A stretch of 64,000 nt of DNA from Octopus sinensis (Eukaryota). A program made the translations under genes and the position numbers. Positions 12,202 to 27,037 of this stretch are shown here, piece by piece. The stretch is taken from the NCBI RefSeq assembly GCF_006345805.1, contig NC_043001.1:124001-188000 (forward strand), written 5' to 3'. The notes under the pieces are model-generated. The model was not told the origin of the DNA, did not search any database, and worked only from the letters and a program-made list of their open reading frames with translations. The first letter of the stretch is position 1; each line of letters begins with the position of its first letter.

Positions 12202-12840
12202 GCGAGAAAGAAGCAACAAGAATGGATAGGTTTTTAGTACAATCGTTTCATACAAGGACAGGCTTTATTAAAAGTTGTAACAATTACAGCATATAAACGT
12301 GTCCCGTACTCATCAGCTAAAATACATGTGAGTTCTCTAGACATCCTAGTGGTTGAGGCTATACTCATGAAGTAATGTAGATAATTAAGTACCATAAACA
12401 GATTTCCAAAGTTCATTAAAGTTCTTTAAAGATGATGTACAGTCTTATCACAGAATTTTAAAAAAGTTCTAATAGCATCACAGAGAAGGTGACCTAATCC
12501 ATAGAGCACATATGAATTTCCAGAGATATGATGAGGGATTACATACTCACAGAGACAAATTTATCAAATTTATCCATGTTAATCACAACGAGGTGGGTCT
12601 CAATTCCTGCTATTAGCATTACAGAGAGGGTGAATTAATCCTTTGTATAGATGCACAATTTCCAATGGTGTAGATGTAAGTTTCCAGAGAAATGAAGAGG
12701 AATTTCATATTCACAGGCGATAAATTTATCAATGGTTGAACACATGAGGTGGTATCAATTCTTGTTATATGATTAGGTATTTGCCACATTAATCACATTA
12801 CTGCTATTTACAAGAGGCTGTAGCTATTTAACTTATAAAG
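12202..12840. repeat. Left arm of a ~640-bp inverted repeat (partner 15661-16298)
   Basis: Near-identical reverse complement of 15661-16298; abuts (TA)n on the left. Confidence 0.92.
12232..12322 (-). ncRNA. Type I hammerhead ribozyme in the left arm
   Basis: TTTTAG CTGATGA GTACGGGACA...TGTCCTTGTAT GAAAC GATT GTA CTAAAA. Core intact; the stem II base is a G-U pair. Confidence 0.75.
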
Positions 12841-13779
12841 GCTGAAGGCTTCCTGGAGAGGCCAAGAATAGAAAGGGGAGGGAATAGAAGAAAAGAGAGA
12901 AAATAAGGGAGGAGGGAGCAAAAAAGGGGGGGAAGGGACTAAAAGAGAAGAGAAAAGGAAAAAGAGAATAAGAAGAAGAAGCAGAAAAAAGAGAAAGAGA
13001 AAGAAATAGGGAAAGAAGGGAAAAAATAAAAATAAAAAAAGAGGGTTCTAGTTATCCAGAAGAATTAGTAGACGGCAAGTCTGGTTTTAATTACAGGCAT
13101 CTAGGAACTAGAGGAGAATATTATTCTTTGCCAGTAAAACAGTAATTTTTGCTGTTGAAATCAGCTATGAATTTAAAGAGAATCTAAAGAGATAACACAG
13201 TCAGGGGTTTAGGGGTCAGATGCTAAAATCAAAAGAAAATACATTAGGAAAATCTAAGTATAATCTTATCAAAAAGTCAATAAAACTTACTTATTTATTT
13301 ATTCGTTTTATGTCTTAAGGAGTTGCCGTTATTATTCTTATACATTGACGGACTACAGGTCAAATCTTAGAAGATCATTTACAGGTGTTAGGGGATTGTC
13401 TATCATAATGAAGATAATCATATTTCACCGAGGGGGTAGCCTTATTTATTTAATTTTGAAATAGAATTATGGGGCTATAGTATCTCATTTTATTTATTAG
13501 AGTTATGCTACTTAAATTAGATTAAGTTAGGAATTAAAATAAAAATTACAATTAAGATTTAAAATTAAGAATTTAAAAGATTATGAGTTTGAAATTAGAT
13601 AAAGCCTAAATTAAGCAGGTAAGTACTATTCATTTCCCTGTTCTCAAAAAATGATGCAGATATAAGGGAAAAGATAACTGTGGTGTGAGAACTCTTAGTT
13701 ATCTACTTAAAGCAGTGCTATACTAGTAGAAATCAAGTTATATCTATCTATCTAGTTACGGATATTTAATCATTTAAAA

Positions 13780-15660
13780 TATTTTAAAGTGTTCAATTTA
13801 GCGTGGACACAAACTTGACCTAGTTCGATATGATTATTCAATAAGTTTCTATGTTTTCTATGCTTAGAATTTCATACCTCTCCATGGAGCATAGTTGGCA
13901 ACCAACCCTACTATTTTTATACGGAATGCTCTCCTAACTATTTCCCAATAAGGTTATAATTTTATTATTATTTTGAGTTCCCAGATTTTGTTTGAAGTGT
14001 AGCCCAGTTTTGTTTGAAAGTGTGGTGGTACCTTTATGACGTAAGTAAAAGACGAGATGTGATTTCTAACTCTGGCTAGAAAATTAATTGTACATCCAAC
14101 GTAAAGATATTGTTATTCTCCGTGGATATGGTACATTTATAGATTACATTATTTTCCCCATAGACCAGGTGCCGGGCATTTTGATTTTATTCTACACTTA
14201 CACACAGGAGGAGCAACTTCAGGCTTGGATTATTCTTGGGTAGATGTCTTAGGTTCTATGGTTCCTATTATTTTGATTATCATTTCTATAGTTGGTGCTG
14301 ATATCTAAAGTATTGCTATTATTTATTGATCCTTCAGCTTCATCATTTAGGTTAAAGTCCTACCATGATTTCTTATATTATTGGTAATGTTACTATTATT
14401 GTTAGTCTTTTTTTCGACTGCATATTGCTGTTATAAATATCACTGATATTTATTCTCCTTATTTTCTCCATTAGCCTTATATCTATTATTTCTATTATTA
14501 ACATTATTACTTCTATTAATATCGGCATTGTTATTATTACTATTAATGTTAATGTTATTAGTCATTCTGTGGTTACTAATTTCACCTATGTTTTGATAGT
14601 TACTATTGTTGTTTTTATGTGGTGTAGTATTATTATAATTGCTATTGGTATTCATGCTGATGTTATTATTTTTATTTCTATCTTTCCTGGCTAGTTTAAT
14701 GTTTTTATTATTAATCTTAGCTATTAAAGTGGACATATTTGGGAGGGTTGAATAAGAAATCCTAACTGTTTTCCTAGATATAATTCTATGATATCTATGA
14801 GAGATAGGGAAATTTTTTTCCAGAATATTTTGAATTTGTTCTGTATATCCGATTGTATCGCACAGTTGAAAGGGATATTCAGCCATATTATATCTTTTTT
14901 ATTAAATTTAGGGTTCGTAGAATTACTACTATTCATCTCACCGGAGTTATTGTATTTATTACCATTATTTTTATTTTTATTTGTGTGCATCTTAGGTTTA
15001 TCTACTTCAATATTATCCGAGTTACCTATGTTCTGGTCAATGCTTCTATTTGAATTGTGGGCCTGTGCGCTAGATTAGCGTTTACCATTAATTTAATTCT
15101 ACTTTTATTTCGGGCTTGGTCTGTATTGCTGCTTACGTGATTACTGATAACTTCATTATTAGGAATAGTGAGTTCCCCTTATCAACGAATGTAATCTTTT
15201 GGTTGTATCCAGCCTTAGTTAACGCCTCATTATAATGCTCAGAATGGGAGTTAAATATATCCTTATTGGATGATAATTTTGAAATTCTTAATGAAATATT
15301 TCTTACTAAAGATTCTATTATATTTGGGGGATGATTTGATAATTTATTTACGTAATTCGTGATTTCGCCTTCCTTTCTAAATGGGTAATGTAGCTTGGAG
15401 TTAAGGTCTAGCGTAATATCTAGGAAGTTTAATATTTTAGTGCCCGGTTCATACGTTATACTGAGGTTGAAATCCTTAAAGAACTTATTAATTTTCTTTC
15501 TAATCCTTTCTATAACAGATTATTATTACTAGGGATAACAAACAGAGCATCACCTATATTAGCCCCCTGTATTTCTGGTATATCCTTGCTTATGTTTAAT
15601 AGATATGCGCCCACTAGGTTGGTTACCTCAGCCGAATCACTGGAACCCATTGGTATACAG
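13780..15660 (-). mobile_element. 5'-truncated Penelope-like element: RT C-terminal half, linker and GIY-YIG endonuclease (degraded)
   Basis: Minus-strand motifs IPMGSSDSAEVTNLVG, NFLDITLDL, YVNKLSNHPP, YNEALTKAGY, IIWLNIPFN, TVRISYSTLPNM, NVIYKCTI...YVG and CQLCSMERYEI. Confidence 0.88.
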
Positions 15661-16298
15661 CTTTATAGTTAAATAGCTACAGCCTCTTGTAATTTTGTAA
15701 ATAGCAGTAATGTGATAATGTGGCAAATACCTAATCATATAACAAGAATTGATACCCACCTCATTGTGTTCAACCATTGATAAATTTATCGCTGTGAATA
15801 TGAAATTCCCCTTCATTTCTCTGGAAACTTACATCTACACCATTGGAATTGTGCATCTATACAAATGATTAATTCACCCTCTCTGTAATGCTAATAAGCA
15901 GGAATTGAGACCCACCTCGTTGTGATTAACAATGGATAAATTGGTCTTCTGTGAGTATGTAATCCCTCATCATATCTCTGGAAATTCATATGTGCTCTAT
16001 GGATTAGGTCACCTTCTCTGTGATGCTATTAGAACTTTTTTAAAATTCTGTGATAAGACTGTACATCATCTTTAAAGAACTTTAATGAACTTTGGAAATC
16101 TGTTATGTTACTTAATTATCTACATTACTTCATGAGTATAGCCTCAACCACTAGGATGTCTAGAGAACTCACATGTATTTTAGCTGATGAGTACGGGACA
16201 CGTTTATATGCTGTAATTGTTACAACTTTTAATAAAGCCTGTCCTTGTATGAAACGATTGTACTAAAAACCTATCCATTCTTGTTGCTTCTTTCTCGC
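15661..16298. repeat. Right arm of the ~640-bp inverted repeat
   Basis: Reverse complement of 12202-12840; begins exactly where the PLE RT is truncated. Confidence 0.92.
16178..16268 (+). ncRNA. Type I hammerhead ribozyme in the right arm
   Basis: Stem I 16178-83/16263-68, CTGATGA at 16184-90, GAAA at 16251-54, GTA cleavage triplet at 16260-62. Confidence 0.75.
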
Positions 16299-16438
16299 TT
16301 ATAATCACCCCACATTACTGTATTGTTAAAACAGTATGGTTTTTTTTGGTGCATCTAAGTTAGGTACCATATTCAAGTAAATTCATTTAAATTAACTTGA
16401 ATCTTTATTGCTTTTTGTATATATATATATATATATAT

Positions 16439-16497
<59 letters not shown>

Positions 16498-16507
16498 TAT
16501 ATTATAG

Positions 16508-16565
<58 letters not shown>

Positions 16566-16613
16566 TAGATAGATAAATATATATATACATAGATAAGTCT
16601 ATATATACATAGA

Positions 16614-17903
16614 TTGGCCACACAGGGCTGCACACAGATGGGACAAGTTACAAGGTAGAGCTTTTCTTTTGGGGGATGAAAAAAACAAAAAAACAAAAGA
16701 AAAAAAATAATAAATAAATAAAATAAAAAATAAAAAGAATAAAAAGAAAAAAAAAAAAAGAAAAGGAAAAGGAACAAAAGAAAAGAGAAATGAAAAAAGA
16801 AGAAAAAAAAAAAAGGGGGAAAAAGGGGGGAAGAGGAAAAAAAGAACGATCAATAGGGATCGTGTATCACAGTGTTATGATATATGGTGTAAAGGGAAAG
16901 CAAAAGTAGGTTTATCCGTGGGAAGAAAAGCCTACGAAAAAGACCACGGTAACCTTGGTCAATATTGTTATATGTTACATTTGTTTGCAAGTGGGTAACC
17001 CTCTGTTTTCAATTTCTGGGTCATAGGATTATGCTCAAGGTGGCTTCGTCATTCATACGTGCTATCCTTGTACATTCACCCATCTTTTTTAAAACATTCG
17101 CTAGACAAAACTTGCCTCTCTACTCTCACTTTCCTTTCAAGTGGTACTTGAAGAAGTTGATGAGAGATTGACCAGAGAGGAAAGTGTTTGTCTCCAATCC
17201 TTTCAGACGCGTCCACCAGATACATTCTTTCGCCATAGCCATAAGGATGATGAAAATAGCTCTTCCTTCCCATTTGAAGGAAGGAGGCGTGACAATATTG
17301 ACGATAGACTCAGCTGATAAACCGACTCGTCCCACACGTGACAGCAGTTGTTCGACATGAGCCCACAGGTCGGAAATTGTTGGACACTGCACGAGTGCGT
17401 ACAGAAACGGCTTCTCGGTAACACTGCCAGGCCAGGGATCTCTGGAAGTTGTCCATGGGCCCGGCCCGAAAGTCGTCCTGAACAGGCGGGTCAGGTACTC
17501 CTCGTCGACGTCCAGGTTCGCCCCGAGCCTCGTCGTACCTCCCTCCACTAATCCCTATAGAATGCTTTGGTGTGTGTTGAAGTCACTCAAGGTCGACCCA
17601 GGACGGCAGAGTTGCTTGAGAGCAACGCGACACTCGCTTGCCATTCGCCCTTTCTCGGCCTCTTTTTGATCCACGACTGCAGTTCGGTCATGGAGACGAG
17701 CAGCGGGAAAGCGTGCCTCACAAACGGCGACCACACCTGTTCACCGTCGTCTACATAGAGCCAGAGATGTCGCAGTCTCAGCGCGTGTCTGCGCATCATC
17801 AACCTCGGCATGCCCAGCCCTCCTTTTAACGGGTGTTGACAGCAAATGGATTGCCTGACCATCGGGACACATCCTTTCCACAAAAAGCGAAAGAGAATGC
17901 GTT
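16614..17903 (-). mobile_element. 5'-truncated L1/Tx1-clade LINE, ORF2 3' part and 3' UTR
   Basis: Minus-strand ICCQHPLKGGLGMP, LRLRHLW, ALVQCPTISDLW and KECIWWTR, typical of the L1/Tx1 post-RT region; flanked by (TATC)n. Confidence 0.75.
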
Positions 17904-18665
<762 letters not shown>

Positions 18666-18726
18666 GTATATAGACAGATAGATAGATAGATAAATATATA
18701 TATATACATAGATAGATAAATATATA

Positions 18727-18762
<36 letters not shown>

Positions 18763-18777
18763 TATACATAGATAGAC

Positions 18778-18815
<38 letters not shown>

Positions 18816-18835
18816 ATATATATACATAGATAGAC

Positions 18836-18952
<117 letters not shown>

Positions 18953-19419
18953 GCATGATAAATAGATAACTTTGAACACACGTATAAATAATCTTCCCAA
19001 ACCCGTGGTCTTGGGTTCAGTCTCAAGTGTATTCTAGTAAAGCCCTGTAACAACCAAAGGAGTGTCAGTGGGTGGTGTAGAGGGAAACTGAATACTGCCA
19101 TTTCGTGTGTGTGTGTGTGTGTGTGTGTTACTCTAAAATTATAATCACTGCGTTCTGTTTATACGTTTAATCATTCTCTCTCTGAACAGTATTGCTTATA
19201 AACAAATCCGTACACCCTGTCACAATTGCTGTAAAGGATGGTCTAGAAAGCGCGGAAGATGTACAGGTAAGAATACGTATTCAAGGCTGTCCCGATGTTA
19301 TGTTACACATAGCATTTGGCCAGCTTTTATTTAACGTTTTATGTTCTAGATTATAATTCATGAACAATATTATCATGAAATTTTTCCTTTCATTTTCTAT
19401 CACTATATATGAACAATGT

Positions 19420-19580
19420 GGAGGCGCAATGGCCCAGTGGTTAGGGCAGCGGACTCGTGGTCGTAGGATCGCGGTTTCGATTCCCAGACCGGGCGTTGTG
19501 AGTGTTTATTGAAAATCTCCACGATCTCTGGGAGAGGGTGGTGGCGATCCCTGCTATACTCTTTCGCCACACCTTTCTTT
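19420..19580 (+). mobile_element. tRNA-derived SINE of another family
   Basis: GGAGGCGCAATGGCCCAGTGGTTAGGGCAGCGGACTCG...GGTTTCGATTCCCAG with A and B boxes, followed by a non-tRNA body. Confidence 0.7.
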
Positions 19581-19992
19581 TTATGTTGGCTGCATAGAAG
19601 AATTCCAAAAGATCAATGAAAAATGTATAGGTAAGTACTAAACAATAATAACAGCAACAACAATAGCAACACCAACTATATTTCAGTCGTACTGTGAGGT
19701 CTCTTATCCTACACTCGCCCTTGGACGCTGGGTGTATCTCGATGAGTGATAGTAAGAATCATATAGATTAAATGTAAACAATGACAATAATAATGTGAGG
19801 TATATTTGCCATCTCAATATGGCTTACTGTAGCTATAAGCTACAGTAACACCCACCCTTAGTGCTTAGCCATATTGAGATAGCAAATATATCTCACGTTG
19901 TCGTGCAGTTACTGTTTATACCTCGTTCAGAGATTTATTATTGATAATAATAATAATAGTAATAATAATAACGATTATTATTATTATTATTA

Positions 19993-20044
<52 letters not shown>

Positions 20045-21431
20045 TCAGTAGTTTTATTTTTATAACGTGCTTTCTCTTCACTACCGAGCACAGCTCTGTG
20101 TGCCTTGGGTATGTGCTGTGATTTGTTGTGATGCTCTGATGGTTATTGTATGGAAAGTGTTCTGCGTAGGAAGTGTGCAGTGCCTAGTAGTGCAATTTTC
20201 TGTATGTTATATGTGTTTGTAAGTCCTGGTGTTTTTGTTATGTATTTGTCTGAATATTTTTTTATCATGCCTAATGCACCTACTATGATAGGAATTGTTT
20301 CTGTTTTCAGATTCCACATCTAGTTACCTCTATTTCCAGGTCTTGTATTTTGAGAGTTTCTCCATTTCTTTTAGAGACACGTTGTCATCAGCCGGTATTG
20401 ATACATCAATTAGAAAGCATTTTTTTCTTCATGATCTCTGACAACTATATCTGGTCTGTTGGCCTTAATTTCTCTATCTGTGTGTATCGGCATATCCCAG
20501 AGTATGGTTGCTTTCTCGTTTTCTGTGACCTTTCTGGTGTGTGCCTATACCATCTTTTTCTGTTGTTATTCCATAATGTTGGCATAGCTTCCAATGTATG
20601 TAGGTTCCAACTCTGTCATGTCTGTGAATATATTCCTTCTTAGCCAGGACTGGGCAGCTAGAGATAATATGATTTATTGTTTCTTGTCCATCTCCAATAT
20701 TCTGCAGTTACTTGTAATATTTCTTTTCATTACATGTTTTGGTAATTTCTGGTGGGGAGGCTTTGGTCTTGTGCTGCAATTAAAAATCCCTCTGTTTCTG
20801 CTTTGAGTCCTGAGCTTCTCAACCATTGCTGGGATTTTTCTTTGTCTATTCTTTTGCGTTTAGTTTAGTGCAGTATTTACCATGAAGGGGCTTTCTTGCC
20901 ATCGTTTTATCATGGTTCGTTGCTGTTCTATTTTAGTTTGGATTTCATTTGTTTTATAGCTTTTGTTGTTTCTTCATCTTCTTCTTCTTCTTCATGTTAT
21001 TAGGTGGTATGATTTCTTGTTTGTATTTGTCAGCTTCCTTAAATACTGAGAACAGTTTTTTGTTTTGCTCGTATTTTGCCGCTATCTGGATCAGTTTCCT
21101 TCCTTCTGAAGTAGATATTTTGCAGTCCTATGGTGGTTATTTTATAGTAGTTTTCCAGCTGTATAAGGCCTCTACCACCTTCTATACGTTGTATATATAG
21201 TCTTTCTATGTCAGATTTTGGGTGATGCATCCTAGATCCTGTCATTATTTTTCTTGTTTTCCTATCTATTTTGGTCAGTTCATTTCGTGTCCAGTTAAGG
21301 ATATTGTAGCTGTAACTTATAACTGGGACAGCTAAAGTGTTGATACCAATTATCTTGTTTTTAGCATTGAGCTCTGTGTTTAGTATTGATCTAACTCGTC
21401 TATAATATTCTTTTTTTATTTTCTCTTTCAT
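20045..21431 (-). mobile_element. Degraded 5'-truncated R4/Dong-type LINE
   Basis: MKEKIKKEYYRRVRSILNTELNAKNK...MHHPKSDIERLY...GGRGLIQLE; the 3' UTR matches other copies; flanked by (TTA)n on the + strand. Confidence 0.85.
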
Positions 21432-21585
21432 TTGTGTGTGTTGTGTTTTATCTAGTTCATGGATTCCTAAGTATTTGTAAGTTTGGCTTTGGTCTAATTC
21501 TTTTATTTCATTGGTTTTATTTTATTTTTTATTTTTATTTTTATTTTATTTTATTTTTTTTTCTTCTTTCTTCTTCTTCTTCTTC

Positions 21586-21635
<50 letters not shown>

Positions 21636-22969
21636 GGAACTGCCCACATCCTACGCAAAAACTATCAATTGAATAAATTACGTAAACAAAGCAACCCATA
21701 GACACAAGATTCACTTTATACAGCAATTACCCATGGAAATAAAAAAAAACTTCCAGCAGTAACCCATTTAACCAACACATTACATAGACAATGCACAATA
21801 CAAGCAGTAATGCAAAAAACACTGCACCACATCTTAAGAGAAAAAATAACTGGCGCAATACAATATCGGGAAGTTTCCACACTCCCAACAACAGAAAGGA
21901 ACGCACGATGTTGCACATACCCACCCCAGCAACACGGTGGTGTAGCAAGAAATGCAGTAGAAATCTGCCTCAAGCTACCAATAATAATCATTAAAATAAT
22001 AATCGTTATATCTGAATCCTCAACACTCACACTATCAAAAGAAAAAAAACAGCCATTTTAGGAACGATAAGACACGATTAATTCAATACTACAACCTAAA
22101 CAACTATCCAATGAAATAAACTACCACAAGCAAGCTGGATAACCTAGGTATTACACAATCAACACACAATACAAATACTAATTCGACAAAACACTGCATT
22201 ACAACCCAACAATATGGAGATGTAGCCGTTGCTGCAGTAGAAATTTGCCTCAAGCTACCAAATGTTGAACAAGAACAATAAGAACAAGACTAGTAATCAT
22301 TTCTCCTATAATCACAAGGCCTGACATTATGAAGTGCGGCTTAAGTCGATTAGATCGATCCCGGTACTCAACTCGTACTTAATTTATCCACCTCGAAAGG
22401 ATATAAAGCAAAGACAATTTCTGCGAATAAAACATTTATTTTATATACATATATAGATAAGGCCTAATATTTTCTTAATATTTTCTATTTTATATCAAAA
22501 TATAACAACCAATGGTCTCGTTTAAAATTTCCTTTTTCTTTCGTATCACAATCCGTTGAAGAAAAGCATCGCTATTTCTTCCATTTTCTTTTTCCTGTTT
22601 TATATTCTAATATATGCAAATGAGCGTCGTGTCGTCTCGTTTTCTGTCCACAATATTTGATCAGTTTGTGTCCATTTTGATGTTGTATATAATCCCTTTG
22701 CCACAGCAACTGAGCTGAGAAAGGTCTGACTTCTGTTAAAAGAACATGGTGCATCTACCTTATTCTACAATAGGCACAAGGCCTGATATTTTGGTGGGTA
22801 GGTCGGGGTCAGTCGATTACATCGACACTAATACTTGAATAGTGCCCATTTCATCGACTCTGCCAACTCATCACCTTAATAATAACAACAACCACAACAG
22901 CGACGAGGACGGGGAGGAGGACGAGGACGAGGACTACGACGATGACGACGTTAATGATGATGATGATGA

Positions 22970-23008
<39 letters not shown>

Positions 23009-23054
23009 ACATAAGTGTTATATCCATGCAATAAAATTGTTTTACACAGAAAGT

Positions 23055-23143
<89 letters not shown>

Positions 23144-23276
23144 GGACCTACATACAATGGAAGCTATGCACACACTATAGAATAACACCAGAAAAAAGAT
23201 GGTATAAGTACACGCCAGAAAAGGTCACAAAAATGAGAAGGCAGCAATACACAGATAGAGAAATTAAGGCCAATTA

Positions 23277-23672
23277 GGCCAGATATAGTTGTCAAAGATC
23301 ATGAAGGGAAAAAAATGCATTCTGATTGATGTATCAATACCAACAGATGACAACGTTTCTCTAAAAGAAATGGAGAAACTTTCAAAATACAAAGACCTGG
23401 AAACAGAGGTATCTCGAAAGTGGAGTCTAAAAGCAGAACCAATTCCTCTGATAGTAGGCGAATTAGGTATGATAAAAAATATTCAGACAAATACATAGCA
23501 AAAATGCCAGGACTAAAAAATATATATGACGTACAGAAAATAGCAGTCGTAGGCACCGCACACATCCTACGCAAAACACTTTCAAAACAGTAAAAGTAAG
23601 AGCGTCACAGCAAACCACAGCACATACCCAAGGCACACAGAGCTGTACTTGGTAGTACAGAAAAAGCACGTG
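23277..23672 (+). mobile_element. R4/Dong LINE 3' fragment (restriction-like endonuclease end)
   Basis: RPDIVV...LIDVSIPTDDNVSLKEMEKLSKYKDL. Confidence 0.8.
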
Positions 23673-23810
23673 ATAACAATAAGACTATGATGATGATAAT
23701 AATAATGATGATGACGACGATGATGATGATGATGATGATGATGATAATGATGATGATGTTAATGAAACATAAGTGTTATATTCACGCAATAAAATTGTTT
23801 TACTTTCCAG

Positions 23811-23927
23811 ACATAAACGAGTGCACAGCAGACCCATGCGGGGCACAGGGGACATGCACCAACACACCAGGATCCTACACATGTGCCTGCAGTCCAGGGT
23901 TCGTGTTCAACGGAATTACATGCATTG
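23811..23927 (+). CDS. Calcium-binding EGF-like domain exon, copy 1 ([39 protein letters not shown])
   Basis: 117 bp, phase 1-1, TTTCCAG acceptor and GTAAGT donor; six Cys, D-x-N-E-C start, hydroxylation consensus C-x-N-x4-Y-x-C. Confidence 0.9.
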
Positions 23928-23976
23928 GTAAGTAAAACAATAGACAACATCACGCGTATAGGTGTAACTGGTTTCA

Positions 23977-24034
<58 letters not shown>

Positions 24035-24103
24035 TATATAAAAAAAATTAGAATAATAATAATAATAAATTAATAATAATATAAAATAAAAAATAATAAT
24101 AAT

Positions 24104-24137
<34 letters not shown>

Positions 24138-24150
24138 CAACAACAACAAC

Positions 24151-24181
<31 letters not shown>

Positions 24182-24245
24182 TAATAATAATAATAAGAAG
24201 GAGAAGAAGAAGAAGAAGAACAACAACAACAACAACAACAACAAC

Positions 24246-26280
24246 CATCTGTCCTGAGGAATATACCTATAGTTCTTTAACAGACAGCAGCATATTCCCT
24301 AATGAACAGAAAGGATGTAAACGTGGATTCCTACGGCTGTAAAGACCAACTACTCATCAATAAGATGATCTCAGAGATTGTCACAAACGACACAAAAACT
24401 TATCAATAGCCTATAGACTATAAAGGCTTTTGATAGCCTACCACATAGCTGGATTAGGAAATGCCTGGAAATGTATAAGATAGCACCTACTCTGCGAACT
24501 TTTGACTGTAAGTATGAGATCATGGGAACCACACTAATCTGAACAGTGACAATGAATCCCTAAATGCTGGTGATGTAAAAATTTCGTTGTGGCATTTTCC
24601 AGGGTGACTCACTGTCCACCACTCCTCTTTTGTTTATCTTAATAACCTCTCTCAAAGCTGCTCAATGACGCGCAATATGGGTATAAAATGTTTGATAAAA
24701 TATATAAATCATCTCATTTACATGGATGATTTAAAGCTTTTTGCAAAAAATGACCAACAACTCAAGGGCTTACTAGCGATAGTCAACAATTCAGTGATGA
24801 CATCAGAATGCAATTCGGCCTCGATAAATGTGCAAAAGCTACCTTTATCAAAGGAAAAATGACAGAAACATCTAACGTTAACCTTGACCAGCAGAATGTC
24901 ATAAAAGAACTAGACCCAGCGGAGAGCTACAAGTACCTAGGGGTAATTGAAGGGAACGGAATAAGGCATTCAGAGATGAAGGAAAGGATCAGGAGAGAAT
25001 GCTATCGAAGAGTGAGAGCAATACTCAAGACAGAGCTGAATGCAAGAAACAGGATCGAAGCGATCATGCATTAGCCATATACCAGTCGTGACTTACAGTT
25101 TCAATATTGTTAACTGGTCAATTACTGAAATATGTCAGCTCGACAGAAAAATAAGGAAACTGTTGACAATGCATAGAATGCACCACCCTAAGGCAGATAC
25201 AGAACGACTCTATCTGCCAAGAAAAGAGGAAGGCCGTGGTCTTTTGCAACTGGCAATAACAATGAAGATTGCTACAATTGGCCTAGACACCTACCTGAAA
25301 AACTCTGAGGACTGGATGTTAAAACTTGTCTCAAAACATGAAAACAAGAAAGCATCAAACTCAGTCACAAAACAGGCAAAGGAATATCTAAGTGAATTCC
25401 GAATACAACCAATTTCGGAATTAGAGATAGACATACAAGAAAAAAGCACAGAAAAAGCTAGGCGCATGAAAACCCGTGCCAAAACTGCGGCCTTAGATAT
25501 TCTGAATAATAAATGGCAAGAAAAACCCCTCTATGGCAAATACCCAAAGAGAGCGAATAACGCAGATATCGACAAAGCCCTGACCCATCAATGGCTAATG
25601 ACCTCTGGCTTAAAATCTGAAACAGAGGGGTTTATCATAGCAGCTCAAGATCAATGCCTACCAACAAGAAACTACCAGGCCAACATATTAAAGAACGGCG
25701 TTAGCCCAACATGTCGTGTATGCCGACAACAAAATGAAACCATTGACCATGTGGTCTCCAAATGCAGTCTTCTAGCGCCTACAGAGTACCTCAACAGGCA
25801 TGATAGAGCTGCACAATATATTCACTGGGTAATTTGCAAAAACCTGGATTTGCCCCATGAAAAAAACTGGTGGGAACACAATCCACCTCCAGTGCTTGAA
25901 AATGACCACATCTCACTCCTCTGGAACTTCACCATTCAAACTGACAGGAAGATAGATGCAAATAGGCCAGACATCATATTGAAAGACTTCAGACAAAGAA
26001 CATGCCTCCTCATTGATATGACTGTCCCAATCGATATAAACGTATCTGTCAAGACCTACCAAAAACTGAGCAATATAAAGATCTTGAAATAGAAATCAGC
26101 AAAATGTGGAAGCTGAAGAATAAAACAATACCTGTTGTCATAGGTGCCCTGGGAATGATAGCGAAAGGGACTAATTGCTACCTAACTCAGATACCAGGAA
26201 ACCCCAAAATGGCAGAAATTCAAAAGATAGTGCTCATGGGAACTGCTCATATCCTACGCAAAATACTCTCTATGTAATCC
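24246..26280 (+). mobile_element. R4/Dong-type LINE, RT plus CCHC and restriction-like endonuclease, frameshifted
   Basis: EQKGCKRG, YMDDLKLFA, YKYLG, CRVC...HVVSKC, RHD, ANRPDIILKD, LIDMTVP. Confidence 0.9.
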
Positions 26281-26730
26281 CAATGTTTAAAACAAACTTT
26301 TATTTATTTATTTATTTTATTTTATTTATTTATTTATTTTATTTTCATTTTATTTATTCTTTTATTATTATTATAATTTTTTTTATGTATTAGACATTCA
26401 CTAGTACAACACCCCCCCCCCAAAAAAAATCCCCAGATATATGGCACAGAACTTCCAACCTGTTGTCTCTTGAGGTCTCTGGGTGAGACTTGGAGCCGAC
26501 TTGTACAGACATAAAGCAAAAGTCAAACATAGAATAATTATAATAATAATAATAATAATAATGATGATGATGATGTCGATGATGTTAATGATGATGGGGA
26601 TGATGATGATGATTATGATTGGTGATGATTGATGATTGATGGTGATGATTGGTGAAGATGATTGATAATGATGATTGATGATGATGAAACAAGTATTATA
26701 TCCATGCAATAAAATTGTTTTACTTTTCAG

Positions 26731-26847
26731 ACATAGACGAGTGCTCAGCTGACCCATGCGGGGCACAGGGGACATGCACCAACAACATAGGATCCTACAC
26801 ATGTGCCTGCAGTCCAGGGTTCGTGTTCAACGGAATTACATGCATTG
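26731..26847 (+). CDS. cbEGF exon copy 2 ([39 protein letters not shown])
   Basis: 117 bp, AG/GTAAGT splice sites intact. Confidence 0.88.
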
Positions 26848-26896
26848 GTAAGTAAAACAATAGACAACATCACGCGTATAGGTGTAACTGGTTTCA

Positions 26897-26936
<40 letters not shown>

Positions 26937-26979
26937 TAATAATAATAATAATAATAACAAAATAATAATAATAATAATA

Positions 26980-27031
<52 letters not shown>

Positions 27032-27037
27032 GATAAT

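Noticed and set aside
19420-19495. tRNA gene
   Set aside because: A/B boxes are present but I could not fold a full cloverleaf and it runs into a SINE body.
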